This document shows, piece by piece, positions 10,000-23,102 of a stretch of DNA of 64,000 bases. The position numbers were made by a program, and so were the translations under genes. The notes under the pieces were generated by a model. It was not told the origin of the DNA. It was given only the letters and a program-made list of their open reading frames with translations, and made no database searches. This DNA comes from Caecitellus pseudoparvulus (lineage: Eukaryota; Protista; Bigyra: Bicosoecida): the NCBI GenBank assembly GCA_965644315.1, contig CBFFRQ010000032.1:372001-436000 (forward strand), given 5' to 3'. Positions within the stretch are counted from its first letter, which is position 1. Every line of letters begins with the position of its first letter.

Positions 10000-12900
10000 A
10001 TGTCTAGCAAGGATTCCGCGGCATGGCTGGCAGGGTCAGGAGTGCATGCACTAGGGATGTTAGATGGAATGGCAGATGGCGCGGCAGGACATGCGGAACG
10101 AGCGTCTGTGCTGCGCTCAGCGGCAGCAGACCTACAGGCCCAGGTTGGTCGCTGCGACGCCACGCTTCGCAGCACGGTGCCGAGCCCTGCAGCTACGCAA
10201 CTGCGCCAACCCCGCCCAACTCACAGCTAGAGCGACTGGGCATTCAACGCATGCGCACACAGCGCAAGGCAGCTCGTGAGACCCGAAAGCAACGCAAGCA
10301 AGCTGTAACGGCAGTCCAGGCTGTGGTGCGGGGCTGGCTTCAGCGAAGCCACTGTGCCGGGAGTTTGGCAGCTGCACGGTCGGCGGCTATCGTCATGCAG
10401 CGTTGGTGGCGGGCATTTCTCCGACGTCGCGCCTTTGCTGAGCTGGTGCAGCAACGGCAGGAGCGTGCCGCTTGCATCGCGCAGTCGTGGTGGCGTGGCG
10501 TGAGTGTGCGACGAGTCACCAGGCAGCAGCTGGCTGCCACACGGACGTTTTCACGGCTGCTGTACCCACGCATGGTGCTACGCCGGCGCCTCTTTAAGCG
10601 CAAACGCAGGCGCATCAGGCGCCTTCAGCGGAAGCTTCTGCGCATGTTGGGAGCAGCCGTGGAGGCTGATGTCGAGTCGGCCGCCGCTCTGCTCAAGGGG
10701 GTGCCAGGGGGTGATGCTGGCACGATAGCCGATTCTGGCGTCGCAGGGTGGCTGCGCCAGCTCCTGCCCCACCTGTTCACCCTGCTAGCGGGGCCAGGTG
10801 AGGGCAAAGAGGCGCAGTCACGCACAAGCAGCCCGCCCAGCCCCGTTATGTCGCCCACCAACCCGCCCTCTCTCCCCCCCACCCCCATTCGCGCCTCCGC
10901 TGACGCCTTGCGGAGTGCGCTGCATGCATCGTCCAGTGCAGAGGCCCTGGACGTCTCTGACCTCATGCAGCACAAACGTGTCGTGCAGCGCAAAGCTGCC
11001 TCTGGCTTGCACGGCAAGGCCCTGCTCCCCTCCATGCGGGCTGCCTCGGGCGGCGCAGCCGGTGCCGTGGACTTCGTCCGGGAGCTGCGCCGCAAGCGCA
11101 AGCAGCGTCGGACCTCGGCTCAGGTGGAGGAGGAGGCACGGCAGCAACGCAGGCAAGCTGTGCTGGACGCTTGGGCTGAGAAAGATGCCGAGCGACTGCG
11201 TCGGGTGCGTCAGGCGGCGAAGGAGCGGCGGCGGGTATCTGCTGCTGCCCAGGCAGCGGCAGAGGCTGCCGCCGACGAGGAGCAGGAAGAGGAGACACAG
11301 CGCCGAGCTGCGCTGCAGGCCCTGCACGCCAAGTGGGAGGCAGAGCGCCGTGCCAGGCTGCGGCGACTGGAGACCCGCAAGCGCAAAGCGGCAGCGGCGG
11401 CAGCAGCGGCAGCGCAGCAGGAGGCAGAGGAGGAGGAAGAGGGCGCTCCTCGCAACGCAGCCAAGCAATTGGCTTCTGGTTCCAAACCTCGCCCCCGGCC
11501 AGAGCCTGCTTCTCCGGTGTCAAAACGCCAGGCGCTGTCCATGTTGCTGAAGCACATCCGCAAGGCGAGCCGGCACACCAAGGGGCCCAAGCACAAGGCT
11601 TCAGCCCATGGAGGCAGCACGCCTTCTCCTGCTCCGGCCAAGCCCGCCATGACAGCTGCCCAGCTCGCTGAGGCGCGGCGGCGGGCTGCACGGCGAGCAG
11701 CTGCACGGCGTGCCAAGGCTGCAGCTGCCGAGGCGGAGGCTGCCGCTACAGGCCCGGCAGCGCTCTTCGAGAAGCGCAAGGCGTACGACGCTCAAATGCG
11801 CCTGCAGCGAGGCATGGTCACGCCGGCAGCCTCCGTTGCGACGGCCAGGCGAGTGCTGTCAGCGCGGGGGCAGACCGCTGACCCCGCCACCCGAGAGGTG
11901 GCGCAGGGAGGGCAAGTGTCCCCGCCTGCCTCAGCCCCAGCCGGCAGGTCTCCAGCAGGTAGCCTACATGATGCTGACGGCAAGGTGGGTGCTGATGAGC
12001 TGGAGGCGCTGTACGCAGAAGGGTTGTTGGATCGGGACATGCCGGTGCCGGCGTCCCTGCTGCTGGAAGGGGGGCGCCCGGGTCGTGCAGTGGACCCTCC
12101 AGACTCTCCAGTGTCCACTGCTAGCTCGGGCGTCAGCGGGTACAGTGATGGAGAGATTGCAGCTGCGTTGCTAGACCTGGAGTTGCACCTGCCCGCTGCA
12201 GCTGTGCCGTCAGCGCAAAGGAAGACGGGGCGAGCAGCCGTATCCCCTCTGCAGGTGCCCGAGGCGCCAGAACGGCTGCTCTTGGCTCGCCCAACCAGCA
12301 CCACGACACAGGGCAGCGCTTTGACCTGGACAGCGCAGCCTGAGCCGCCGTCTCGGGGGGGGTATGCGGCCGGCTCCGACGCGAGGCACGCGACGCCTCA
12401 CTTCGCGCCACTGAGGCAAAGCCCCAGGCCGGCGTGGCAGGCTGAGGATGCAGGGTCGGGGTCCCCTCCCCCTCGCACGGGAAGCCCGGGCAGCTTGCCT
12501 CCCCTGGGCATCCCACCGTCGCCGCTGCCTGGCCTTGGCCCTCCCTCCCTCGGCTCCGTGAGGGTGGACAGCGTGACGCGCCCGCCCTCGCACTCTGGCC
12601 GGCAACATGACGTGGCACGGACACAGGTGGCATTGCCGAGCCTGGCAGCCGCGAAGGCGCAGCCAAGGTCCTCTGGAAAGCGCCAACACAGTGCGTTGCA
12701 TGCGATGGCCGCCGCAGTGTATGCACCGACCACGACACGCAGGCATCCCCTTGGCGCCTCTGATGGCGCCGGGCGGGGCGCTGCCCCGCAGCCGAAGGCG
12801 AGAGCTCAGGCGGATGTCGTGCAAGAGCGTGGTGGCGTGAGGCCTTCTGGTGGGTCACCGACCGCACAGTCCAGGCCCGCGGCGTCGGCAGTCGGCCCCA

Positions 12901-13694
12901 GCGCTGTCTCGGGCAGTGGCGGGCTGTACTCTGAGCTGTTGGGGGGCGGCCTGCCGCTCGTCACGGGGGACGGTGCGAGCCAAGAGCCTGGCGCAACAGC
13001 AGGCGACGAGCGAGTGCCAGACTACTCTGGACTGCACCTATTCGAGACTGAGGCGCAGCGGCGCGGTGCCTTGCACAAGCAGTGGTACCGCTCCACTGCC
13101 GCTGGGGCGGCGGCGGCTGAGAAAGAGGCGACGGCGGGGACAAGCCAGGGCTGGGTGGACGTCACATCCCGGGCGCACGAGTACAGCACGCCAGCTGTGA
13201 AGCGCAAGAGCAAGGCCCGGACAAGCGGGGAGGTGGTGCAGGGGAAGGACGACGACCACCTCACCGCTGCCGATGTCTCTGCTCTGCGCGACCCAGCCAT
13301 GCGCGCCCTGGCCCGGAGGCTAGGAGGTGGGGCGGAGACGATGACCCGCCCGTCTCCCCTGCGAGCAGCTGGAACAACCAGCCTGCGCTTGGGCGGGTTG
13401 CCATCTGCGCCGCCCAGCGGCAGCAGCGTGCTAGCCCTGGAGGGAGCGCTATCTGGCAGAGCCCGCAGACCGTCTGCACTGCACTCGTCTGCGGTGAGTG
13501 CGCTGTCTGCGGGTGCCACCCTGGCACAGGCAGCCACCGCCCAAGCTAGTTCTCGCAAGGATGAAGGCTTGGAGGATAGCCGCCCCCGCCGGCGCAAGAA
13601 GGGAAGGAAGAAGCGGAAGGGAGGCAACAAGGAACACAGCAGCCCAACGGCAGAGCCGAGTGCGGCCCCTGTAGATGCACTGGAGCTCATGTGA
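10000..13694 (+). CDS. IQ-motif (calmodulin-binding) coiled-coil/low-complexity protein
   Basis: ATG at 10000; an inferred phase-0 intron at 10144-10226 joins the 10023-13694 frame. Three IQ-like motifs (VQAVVRGWLQR, MQRWWRAFLRR, AQSWWRGVSVRR) are followed by a charged coiled coil and a Pro/Ser/Ala-rich tail. Confidence 0.65.
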
Positions 13695-13747
13695 CACATA
13701 CCACAGCGGACGATGTGGGAAAATACATTCATTGTGATAGAGCCAGG

Positions 13748-15843
13748 TCACATGCTGGGCTGCAGCGGCTGGGAGGCAGGCATAGCCACGCGAGCTGACA
13801 ACACTGGCATGCTGTCGGCGCTGCGAATCAAACACGCACCCAGGTGCCCCCCTGCCGCCACTGCTAGGTCACTCAGGCAGTGCACGGAGAATTCAAAGAT
13901 GTATGCCAGCTGGGGCACGAGCACTGGGACGTGCTGCAGAGTCGGCGTGACAGCGTACAGGCGTGTGGCGGGTGCCGCCTCTGCGGGAGACTGCTCCTCG
14001 AACAGTGCGAGTTGGGTGTCAGACAGAGTGCGCCGCCCAGTGTTCTGCAGCTTCACACAGACCCGGAACGTGGGGCCCACCCCTTGAACATCCACAGACA
14101 TGGACAGCGAGGCGCCCGCGATCTGGGTGCTGGGGCCGCGGCCTCGCGTGATGCAGCGCACATAGGACCGCGCAGAAGTGAGGCGTGAGCGCATGAGGTC
14201 CTTCATGAACTGGGCATGCATGCCAGCAGGGTCCTTCTTTTCGCGCTCGGCGAAGTTCAGGAACAGGCGTGTCTTGCGCGGCACCGCCAGGGGGATGTCT
14301 TGCTCTGGCGGCGGGCCTGACGGGGGTGGTTCGTGCAGTGACACTCGCCGCGGCAAAATGCGCACCGTCAACGCCCCGGACTCATGCACCGTGACGAGGC
14401 AGTTGTCTTCCCTCCCGAACCGTCCAAAAGCCATGCTTGCGACAGGGTCAGACACCTCCACTTCCAAGGGGATGAGGCGGTGCAGCTCGGGGGATGCGAC
14501 GTGGTCGCTGGGAGCGACGTCGGCCGCAGCCCCGTCAAAGGGGTTCACAGGTGGCCTGGGCTCAGCCGCTGCGCCACCTGGGGGAGACACTCGGGGTGTT
14601 GCAGGCGCGGGAGGGGGGCTCTTGGCCGGCGCACTCTCCTTGGTGGACATGAGCAGTTGCTTGGAAGTGCTGTACACCCGAATGTCACCGTCAGCCAGTG
14701 CAACCGCTGCGGCAGCAACGGAGACCCCCCCTGTCATCTCCATGCGTGCCATGGCCGTGATGGCACTGGGCAGCGCCAGAGACCACTGCTTGCGCCCTCG
14801 GTAGTCGAAGCAGTGCAGTGTCTCGTCCATGGTGCCGACAAACACGACGCTGGGCAGGAGCACGACAGCGACCACCTGTGTGTCGCACTCGCAGACACTG
14901 GATGTGAGCTTCTGCTGCTTCAATAGGTACACGTTGCCGTCCCTACACGCCACGGCAACGCGCGAGTCCACCTGGTACGTGCCATAGCAAGCCAGCATGA
15001 ACGGCACAGCCGGCACGGCGACGCGCTGGTCGACCTTGGACCCCTCTGGCTGCAGGAACAGCACCTCGGCCGCCTCAGTGCCGATGACCAGCTGAGACAT
15101 CTCGTACATGCCTGCCTTGGATGTGTGGATGCTGGCCAAGCACGTGACCACTGTGTGCCGCGTGAGGTTCTTGGTGCCCAGCTCCTCCAGGACCGCCGCC
15201 TCGCCCCCCTCGGGGCTGGCCAGGAGCTGGACAGAGGGCACGGTGAGGGCAGTTCCAGCATCCCGCAGCTGAGCCAGCTCAGCTTTCGCCGCGGTGGCGT
15301 CCATGGAGCCCTCTCGCAGGCGTGTCCACACACCCCCCTCGGCTGGGTTCACGGGCATGGCGGGCAGGGCAAACTGCACAGGCGAGGGGTGGCTGGGTGT
15401 GGGGCGGAGGGCGACAGCATGCCCCGGGCACTGCAGCGCCGCGCACCTTGAAGTAGGGCCGCATGTTGCGGTAGATGAAGACGTAGGAACCCGCCGCCAC
15501 CGCCACGGAGGGCAGGCGGGGCGTGCGCTCGTCGGGGTAGAATGTGGCCATGGCTGCCGGCTCATCCAGCAGCGCAGCCGTGGTGCTGAGGGCTGTTCCC
15601 TTGATGACGCGCATTTTTTTGTCGGAGCAGGCCGCGATGAGGCGCCAGTCCCCGTCGCCCGTCGCGTCACACCTGCGCGAGGTAGGGTGCATGGTGCGTG
15701 AGCTTGGCGCAGCTGTAACGCCAGGGCTGCACCTGCCCTCACAGATTCATGCACTGTGGGCGGACAGAGAGACTGGCAACGGGGTCATGGTATGCAAGCA
15801 GCCATTTTGGCTTCTTGGCGTCGCCTTTCGCAGCCCCAGCCAT
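13748..15843 (-). CDS. BBS1: Bardet-Biedl syndrome 1 protein (BBSome subunit)
   Basis: Motifs KWLLAYHDPVA, GDGDWRL, VAVAAGSYVFIYRNMRPYFKF, FGRFGREDN and PPPEQDIPLAVPRKTRLF. Introns at 15673-15742 and 15374-15446 restore the frame. Confidence 0.93.
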
Positions 15844-16077
15844 CCCCTGCACTGCCTTGGCGCCGCGGGCACGTTGGTCGGCACGCGAGAGCCTGCCGCA
15901 GGCGAAACGCTGCCGAGCTCGGGCGCCTTGCTCCCACGCCTCAACTGCAGAGGAGAGGGAGGCAGAGTGAAAAGTATAGAGTGTGGTTCTGGAGCAGAGG
16001 GGCGTGGCCTCCTTTCTAGCCAAATCCAGTGCATGAAAAGTGTACATTTGGCTTCTACTCCAGGATCAGGTGTGAAC

Positions 16078-16133
16078 CTGGACTACAGGTACATGGGACA
16101 AGCTGATACCTGCCAACAAGTACTGTAGTCCAG
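16078..16133. repeat. Inverted repeat (11-bp perfect stem) in the BBS1/ACL4 divergent intergenic region
   Basis: CTGGACTACAG at 16078-16088 and CTGTAGTCCAG at 16123-16133. Confidence 0.8.
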
Positions 16134-16300
16134 CCATCTCAAATGCACTGAAACTGCACTTCAAACTGTGTGAAGCAGTTCTCCCCCCAAATGCCCACGT
16201 GCTGGAGCAAGGCGTGCCCTGCTTGGCCTCTGTGCGAGCGAGCATAGCGCTTGCTTTGTTTGGACTGCCAGCGTGCAGAGAAAGAGACAGGTCGGCCGGC

Positions 16301-17786
16301 ATGGGCAAGGGGCAGGCACGGCGCCGGAAGGGGGGCACGAAGGGTGCCAGGACGCCCAAGAAGACCAGCGACACACACACCGCAGCGCAGCTCGTAGCCA
16401 TGGCGCAGTCCCAGCTGCAAGACATGGAAATCGACGCCGCCGTGCGGCTGCTGGAAAGGTGCGTCCAATTTCCGCAGCAACCCCGCGTTCCCTCCGCTGC
16501 AAGCGCCGCTTGAGACTGTGCACCGCGCAGGGCAGTGTTACAAGAGGCAGACAATGTGGAGGCACTGACTCTCCTGGGGGAGCTGTACGCTGAGTCCATG
16601 GAGGTGACGAAGGCTGTGGAGGTGTGTGTGGCCTGCTGGCTGGGTAGGGCAGCGCTTGCTCGTCAAACTGCGCCCCACCCCCCTCACCGCACAGACACTG
16701 ACGCAAGTGTTGGCGGTGGATCCCAACGAAGTCTCAGCACTGTTGTACTTAGGGCAGCTCTTGCAGGGGCAGGCGAGCCTCGCTCACTACCAGAAGGCGG
16801 TGGAAGTGATGACTGCTGAGCTGGGCAGGCTCCAAGCCGCCGCTGCCGCTGGAACAGCGCCACCCGACGCAGCCAGCTCCGCAGCGCGCCTGAGGCGGCG
16901 CATTTCTTGCGCCTACTGCTCCATCACGGAGCTGTGCATGACAGACTTGGCGGATGAGGAGGGCGCGGAGGCGACGTGCGAAGCCAGCCTGGCTTCGGCG
17001 GTGGAGGTGGACCCCAGCAGTCCCGAAGCATACGCCCAGCTGGCCTCCTTGCGCCTGGTGCAGCAGCGGGGCGAGGAAGCCGTGCCCCTCGTGCGCAAGG
17101 CGGCTGAGTTGCTGGGGCCGTTGTTGGAGGCAGCAGATGCGGCGGCGTCCGAGGGGGGGGGTGCGAAGGGGGGGCTGCAGGGGGCTGCTGGGTACTCGGC
17201 GGATGCCGCCGCCGGTTCGGACATGGTGTGGACGCCCACGTTCAACTCTCGCAAGGCCCTCGCCCAGAGCGCGCTGGAGGTGAACGAGCTGACCATCGCC
17301 TGCGAACTACTGGAGCGCCTGCTCAGTGAATCCGACACGGACTTCGAGGTGTGGTTCCTTCTCGCCGAGGCATACCTCTCAGCTGGCGACTTTGGCAGTG
17401 CAGGCATGTACATCAACGAAGCCACCCGGCGCCTGGCAGCGGCAGAGGCTGTGGGTGCGGGGCGCCGGGCGGGGGGTGCCCCTGCGGCAGCCGGACCCGG
17501 TGGAGGGGGATCCTTGTTCGGTGTTCTGGCTGCCGCGGCCGCGAACGGAGACGCAGTGGCCGTCTTGAAAGACATGGGCTTGCCTGGTGTGCAGGCAGCG
17601 CTGAAGCAGTTTGGGCTGCTGGCAGATGCGGTGCGGCAGGCGGCTGCAGCGAAGGGCGTGGACCTGGCAGCGGCCATTGCAGCTGCGGAGGCGGAGGGGG
17701 GTGACGAGGGGGGTGATGGCGACGCGGAGCTGGGTGGTCTGCGCACGGCTGTGGGCAGTGCTGTGGCAGCCGCACAGGGTGTGTGA
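16301..17786 (+). CDS. ACL4: TPR protein, Acl4-like (assembly chaperone of Rpl4)
   Basis: TPR repeats plus YCSITELCMTDL..EEGAEATCE, PEAYAQLASLRLVQQR and EVWFLLAEAY resemble Acl4. Introns at 16459-16530 and 16622-16694. Confidence 0.7.
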
Positions 17787-17841
17787 GCGGGAGGTGGGCC
17801 CACCTCTCCGCACGCCGCAATGCATTCCGCTCTCATCGTGT

Positions 17842-20800
17842 TCATGCGTGGGGTGACGCCGCGGCCAGACGTGCCGCGACCTGGGCGGCGCCCAGGCTGG
17901 CTGCCAGCTCCCGCAGCGCAGCAGGAGGCGGCCACACCTCACAGGCCCCACGCAGGCCGCAGGGAAGCGGCCCACCCATCGTGCCGTTGCTTCGGAGCAG
18001 TTGCAGGGCCTGCACGGCGGCGGCGCTGGCAGCTGGGGTGGAGGTGGGCCCATGTGCACTGGGCGCCTGGAGTGCCCACGCCAGGGGGGCGTTTGGCTGG
18101 ATGCGTTGCAGGTGGCGCAGCATGGCTGCCCCAGCTGCTGCTGTGGTGCGTTTCGGAGTCGCCTCGGCGCCCACGCCGTGCACGGCATACCAGGCGATGC
18201 GGCCACAGGCCTCCGCATGGCCAGGGCTCAAATTCACCGCAGCGGAGAATTGGTCCCGCGCCGCCGCTGGCGCCCCGGCACACTCGTGCAACACGCCCGC
18301 CGTGGCCGTGACACTGGCCAGTGCGTCTCGTAGGGCAGGCGGCTCTGGACCACAGGCTGCCGAGGCAGTGACCAGCAGCCCTTCCGCTCGGTGCAGAGCT
18401 GCGACGGCCTCAGGCAGCTTGGGCTGGGGGGCTGGGCCGGGGCCGGGCGCGCCAGGCAGCGAGGCAGCACTGGGCGCCACGCCAAAGGCCGCAGCGACCC
18501 GCGCAGCCAAGCACCACGCGTGCACTGCGATGACGACAGCCCAGGGCAGACCGGGCACGGCGTCCGACCCGAGGTCGCTACGGGCCAGCTGGGCGGCAGT
18601 GAGACCCTCACCTGGTGTGGGCACAGGCTGCGCCGACAGGGAAGCGAGGGCTGCGGTGTGCAGACTGGTCGCAGCGACAAGGACGCAACGCAGCACCAGC
18701 GACCAGGCGTCAGTCAGGGGTTCCTGTCCGGAAGGCGGCGGCACTGGCACACCCAGCGCGGTGAGGATGGCAGCCACCTGGCCCAGGGTGGAGGGGGGGG
18801 GCACTTCGCCGTCACCCCCCCAAAGTGCCGCCAACAGCAGCTGACCCGCTGCCAGCAACACCAGCGGGTGTCGCGTGAGCGGCGTGGTGTGGCGCCCCAG
18901 CAGGCTGGCGGCGGCGGCGGGGTGGGCGGTGCTGCCGCCGCCGCCCGCCACCTCCACCCCCTCTGCCAAAGCCACGCCAGGTGCCCGGTGAGCCTCCGCA
19001 CGCTCCGCCGCCGCGTGGTGTGTGCAGGCCTCCTCCACCCCCTGCAGCGCCGTGGCCCCCCCCGCCAAGATGCTCAGCGCCGTCTGCGCAGCCACCAGTG
19101 CCGCGTCAGGCGCGTCGGCACCTGCGGTGGACAGGTGTCCCGAGAAGGCTGCCAGGGCAGCCAGGCTCCACGCAGCGTCGCCCAGTCCAGCACCGAGCAG
19201 GGGGGGTGCGGAGGGGGACTCCCCCGTCTCCCCCCCTGCCTTGGTCTCTTGGGCCGAGGTAGGGGAGGGGGGGTCCGCGCCCCCCCCTCCGACCTGTGTC
19301 AGGGCTCCCACTAGCTCCGTGGCCACCTGCAGTGCAGAAGGCGTGTCCTCTGCCAGACCCGCCCGCAGCAAGCTGAGGTACAACTGTGCCGGGACACCGC
19401 CCCTCGCTGCGTCGGGGGGTGGGATGTCCGGGCAAGGCTGGGGCACGCCCCCCAGCCCCCCTGCGGCGGCTGCCAGGGTGGAGGGGCCGCTGCCCCCCCC
19501 CAGGTCTCCCGCACCCCCCCCTGCACCCCCCACACTGCGCCGCTGCGTGGATAGCACGTGCAGCAGGGCCTGGGCGGTGCCCCACTGGTCCGCCCGCCAT
19601 CGCCCGACAGCCAGGCGGACGCCGTGCCCCAGGCCGCTGGCCCACCACCTCCCACGAGGCTGTGCCGGTGAGGGCGCGGCCTCCGTGGGATGACGCTCCT
19701 CTTCAGCCCCTGCGTGAGCCAGGGCGGCTGCGAGAGAGGCGGCGCCCTTGGCAGGGCAGCCCAAGGCGCCGGCCTGCACGGCACAGCTGAGCAGGTACAC
19801 TTGCCAGTCTGGCGTGTGCAGCAGGCCCGGGTGCGGCGCGGCGTGGGCAGGGATGTGCTTGGAGGAGGTGAGTGCCTCGTCCAGCGCCTGGCCAGCGCGC
19901 CAGGCTCGGCCGGCGGAGGCCATGCCCAACCCCAGCCCCTTCCACACACTCACAGCTCGGTAGGCTGCCGGGAAGGTGGTCACGTGGGGCAGGGCCAGGT
20001 CGGCCAGCGTGGACACCGTCTCGCCCACCTCCACGCGCAGGCGATCGGCGGCCCCCGCGCCAGCCAGAGCCAGCAGTCTGTGGGCGGCAGCAGCGCCCCC
20101 CCCCTCCCCCCCCCCCACCTGCTCCAAGCCAGTGGCAGCTAGGAAGGGCGCCAACAGGGGCCCGTCCCACGCCAGGGCAGCATAGTCGATGGATGGGTAG
20201 GTGTGTGTCCTGCTCGCGTCCAGCGCGCCAGTGGCGAGGTCTGCTGCGTTTCGCCCCAGGCTGTCGCCACCCAGCAGCGCAGCGGTGAGGGACAGTGCGG
20301 CCACGGTGTGCTGCAGGCTCAGGGAGGGAAAGGTGGCGGCGCCGGGGAGGGGCCCCCCTGACCCCCCCTTGCCCCCCCCTGGCAGGGAGCACGTCAGCAC
20401 CGCCCTGACGAGGTGGGCGCTCCACAAGGGCTTGCCTGCCCAGAGGTGCAGCCCGGCCAGGGTGAGCAGGGCAGTGGCAGCACACCTGCGCTGGGCACCG
20501 CCCAGGCTCTTGATCACGTCGGCGTCCAGCACAGCCGGGGGGGTGATGTGTGCGAGGGGCAGCTGACCGGGGGGGGGCGCGTGAGGGGGGGTGCGGTCCA
20601 GCACGAGGGGGGTGTGCAGCACCGCACGCCAGGCTGCATCGCCCTCGCAGCGCCCCAGGCACTGCAGGAGGGGGGTCAGCGTGGTCGAGGCGGCGGAGTC
20701 TGGCGCACCCTCCTCCACAGGGCCGGGGCGCTGTGCCAGTCGCCGCGCCCATACCTGCCACACCATGCCACTGGCCCCGCCACAGTCGCTGGCTCGCCGG

Positions 20801-21830
20801 AAGCGCTGCCGGGAGTGAAAGCAGCACAAGTGCCACACGCCCAGGGCAGCCGCCCCTGCCAGGACGAGGTCGGTGGGGGCGGTGCCGATGTGGTGGTGCC
20901 GATGTGGTGGGGGGGAGGCGGCGGCGTCTGCCTGAGCGTGGGGGGTGGTACCCACGAGCCACTGAGCGGCGTGCCACGCAGCCCGGATGAGGAGCCCCCG
21001 TTGCCACAGCCACAGGCGGTGCAAGGACAGGCCCGCAGCGGGGATGCCCTCCTCCTCGCCGCCCTCTGAGTCACTGCGCTGTGCTGCGTTGCCGGCGGAG
21101 GCCAGCGCGACGCGCAGGCTGCCGCTCGGCTCGTGCAGTTCAGGGATGGGCACTTGCACGGCAGCCTGCCCGAGAGCTGCCAGCGCCCCCGGCACGGGTG
21201 ACTCGGAGTCACTGCCCACGTCCAGCATAGCGCTGGCAAGCGTGGCAGCAAGCGGCAGCATGGAGCCGCCACCGAGGCCCACGATGGGGGCGGGCAGGCA
21301 GTCCCACGACCACAGCTGGGAATCGCCCCTGCACGCAAATGCATCCACTGTATCGCCAGACCCGGCTGGCCCAGGACTCTCTCCGGCTGCTGCACTGCCT
21401 CGGCTGCCGCCGACGACCGGCGTTTCACCTGCCCTCGCTTGCACCAGCCGCCACAGCAACACTTCAGCCCGTAGGGACGCCACTGGGGGTGTGCACGAGC
21501 CGCCAGCCACTGCAGCATCAAGCTCACCCTCTGCCTCCTTCAAGTGCGTCGCCGCAGACGCTGTCGACCCCTGCCCGGTGCCTGGCTTGCCACTCATGCA
21601 CCGGCGAAACGCGCATTCAGCTCTCACGCTCATGGCGTACGCCTTGGACGCCGTGTGAAAGCGCTCATACTCCTTCACGCTGCGCAGAGCTTCATCCCAG
21701 TTATTCACGTCCAGCAGGGAGTCAATGCGTTTCTGCGAGCGGGCAGGGCGGGGCTCGCTGTGACTGGCCCGCGGCGTGGGCAGCGGACGCAGTGCCAGCG
21801 CACCTCCAACGCTGCCTCCGTGTCATCCAT
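17842..21830 (-). CDS. Large Ala/Gly-rich helical/TPR protein, possibly TTC7/Ypp1-like
   Basis: 1288-aa ORF plus a 9-codon first exon (intron 21733-21803, in frame). C-terminal TPR-like segments (GVLHECAGAPAAARDQFSAAVNLSPGHAEA; MLRHLQRIQPNAPLAW). The family assignment is tentative. Confidence 0.5.
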
Positions 21831-22144
21831 GCTTGATGCACAGCTGGGACATGCATAGGCAGTTGCGAGGAAGCGCCTCTCGTCGCTGTCATGTGCCCCT
21901 GCCGCTGGGCTCGGGGCGACGTGCAGTGCTAGTTGGCTGCAATTTGGCGCCCGGCGTAAATTTCCAGCAGGCAAAAACTAGATCCCACACATTGCGCCCC
22001 ACAGACTGGGACTGCCGCACCCCCTGCTAGTTCCGGCTCCTTGTCCCCTACGAGGGTGCTCCCCTCATTTGCTGGCGTGCCCGCGAGCAGAGGGGCCGTG
22101 CGGAAATCGGTGCTTGGCAGACGGCCAGGCACACTGCGCCAGCC

Positions 22145-23062
22145 ATGGCCGCAGAAGCCCTGGTGGACTACTACGCACTGGTGGGGGTGGAGCATGGTGC
22201 CAGCCATGCAGCCATCCGCAAGGCATACCGTGCCAAGGCCAGGGACTTGCACCCTGACAAGAACCCGGACGATGCAAATGCTGCTGCTCGCTTCGATGAG
22301 CTGAAGAAGGCGTCAGAGGTGCTCCTGGACGAGACGCAACGGGGGGAATTTGACCGCAAGTGGGCTGCACATGTCGCCGCCACGCAGCGGTACAAGGCCA
22401 TGGATGACGAGCGGCAGCGCATGCGCAGTGTGCTGGAGGAGCGAGAAGCCGCGGCGGAGGCTGCTGCGGCGTCCAGCACTGCAGCTGCGCCCCAGGCCTT
22501 CCTGGACTCGCTGAGGGCCCAGTCAGCACAGTTTTGCCGCCAAGTCGCAGGGGAGATGCAAGCTGCGCGCCAGGCGGCAGCAAGCGGCGTCGGCGGGGTT
22601 GCTAGCTCCACCGCTCAGCAGCAACGCACTGGTGGCGGCAGCACTCGAGTGCGGCTTCGGTGGGCACCAACCACTGGCCGCGTCGTTTTCGCGCTGTCCT
22701 CTGACGATGCTCTGCCGTCATCCAGTGCTGTGAAGCGGTTGCTCACCCGTTTCGGGGCAGTGGCGAAGGTAGCAGTGAAGGGGCCAGGCGTGGCCCACGT
22801 GGCATTTGAAGCCGAGGCAGCAGCGGCGCAGGCAGCCATTGCCGCACCCCAGGGATTCAAGATCACACTCATTAAAGAGCGCAGGCTGCCTGGTGCGCCA
22901 GCCGCGCCGCAGCGCTCCAAACGGCGTCGGGTGGACGGCAACCAGCCAATTCTGCACCCGCTGCCCAAGTTGGCAGCAAGTGCAGCTCAGTTGGCAGCAG
23001 TGCGGGACCGCATGCGGCTGGTGAAGGAGGCGGTGAGGCGCGTGGAGGCTAGTCCGACATGA
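22145..23062 (+). CDS. DNAJC17: DnaJ protein, DNAJC17/Cwc23-like (J domain, coiled coil, RRM-like region)
   Basis: J domain DYYALVGV..IRKAYR..HPDKNPD. MDDERQRMRSVLEERE and the RRM-like LLTRFGAV..AHVAF region are typical of DNAJC17. Confidence 0.8.
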   Translation: MAAEALVDYYALVGVEHGASHAAIRKAYRAKARDLHPDKNPDDANAAARFDELKKASEVLLDETQRGEFDRKWAAHVAATQRYKAMDDERQRMRSVLEEREAAAEAAAASSTAAAPQAFLDSLRAQSAQFCRQVAGEMQAARQAAASGVGGVASSTAQQQRTGGGSTRVRLRWAPTTGRVVFALSSDDALPSSSAVKRLLTRFGAVAKVAVKGPGVAHVAFEAEAAAAQAAIAAPQGFKITLIKERRLPGAPAAPQRSKRRRVDGNQPILHPLPKLAASAAQLAAVRDRMRLVKEAVRRVEASPT

Positions 23063-23102
23063 GACAATACATTGCAGGGCACGCGCGTGTGTGTGAGTGC
23101 GG

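Noticed and set aside
2-15843. Ciliary gene cluster (dynein, IQ protein, BBS1)
   Set aside because: Only two genes are certainly ciliary and no shared regulatory motif was found.
19190-20950. C and G homopolymer runs (G-quadruplex potential) in the TTC7-like gene
   Set aside because: They are explained by Gly/Pro codons in a GC-rich CDS, and the frame remains intact.
21940-21965. E2F-like TTTGGCGC and AAATT patches in divergent promoters
   Set aside because: Too short and inconsistent between promoters to support a motif by eye.
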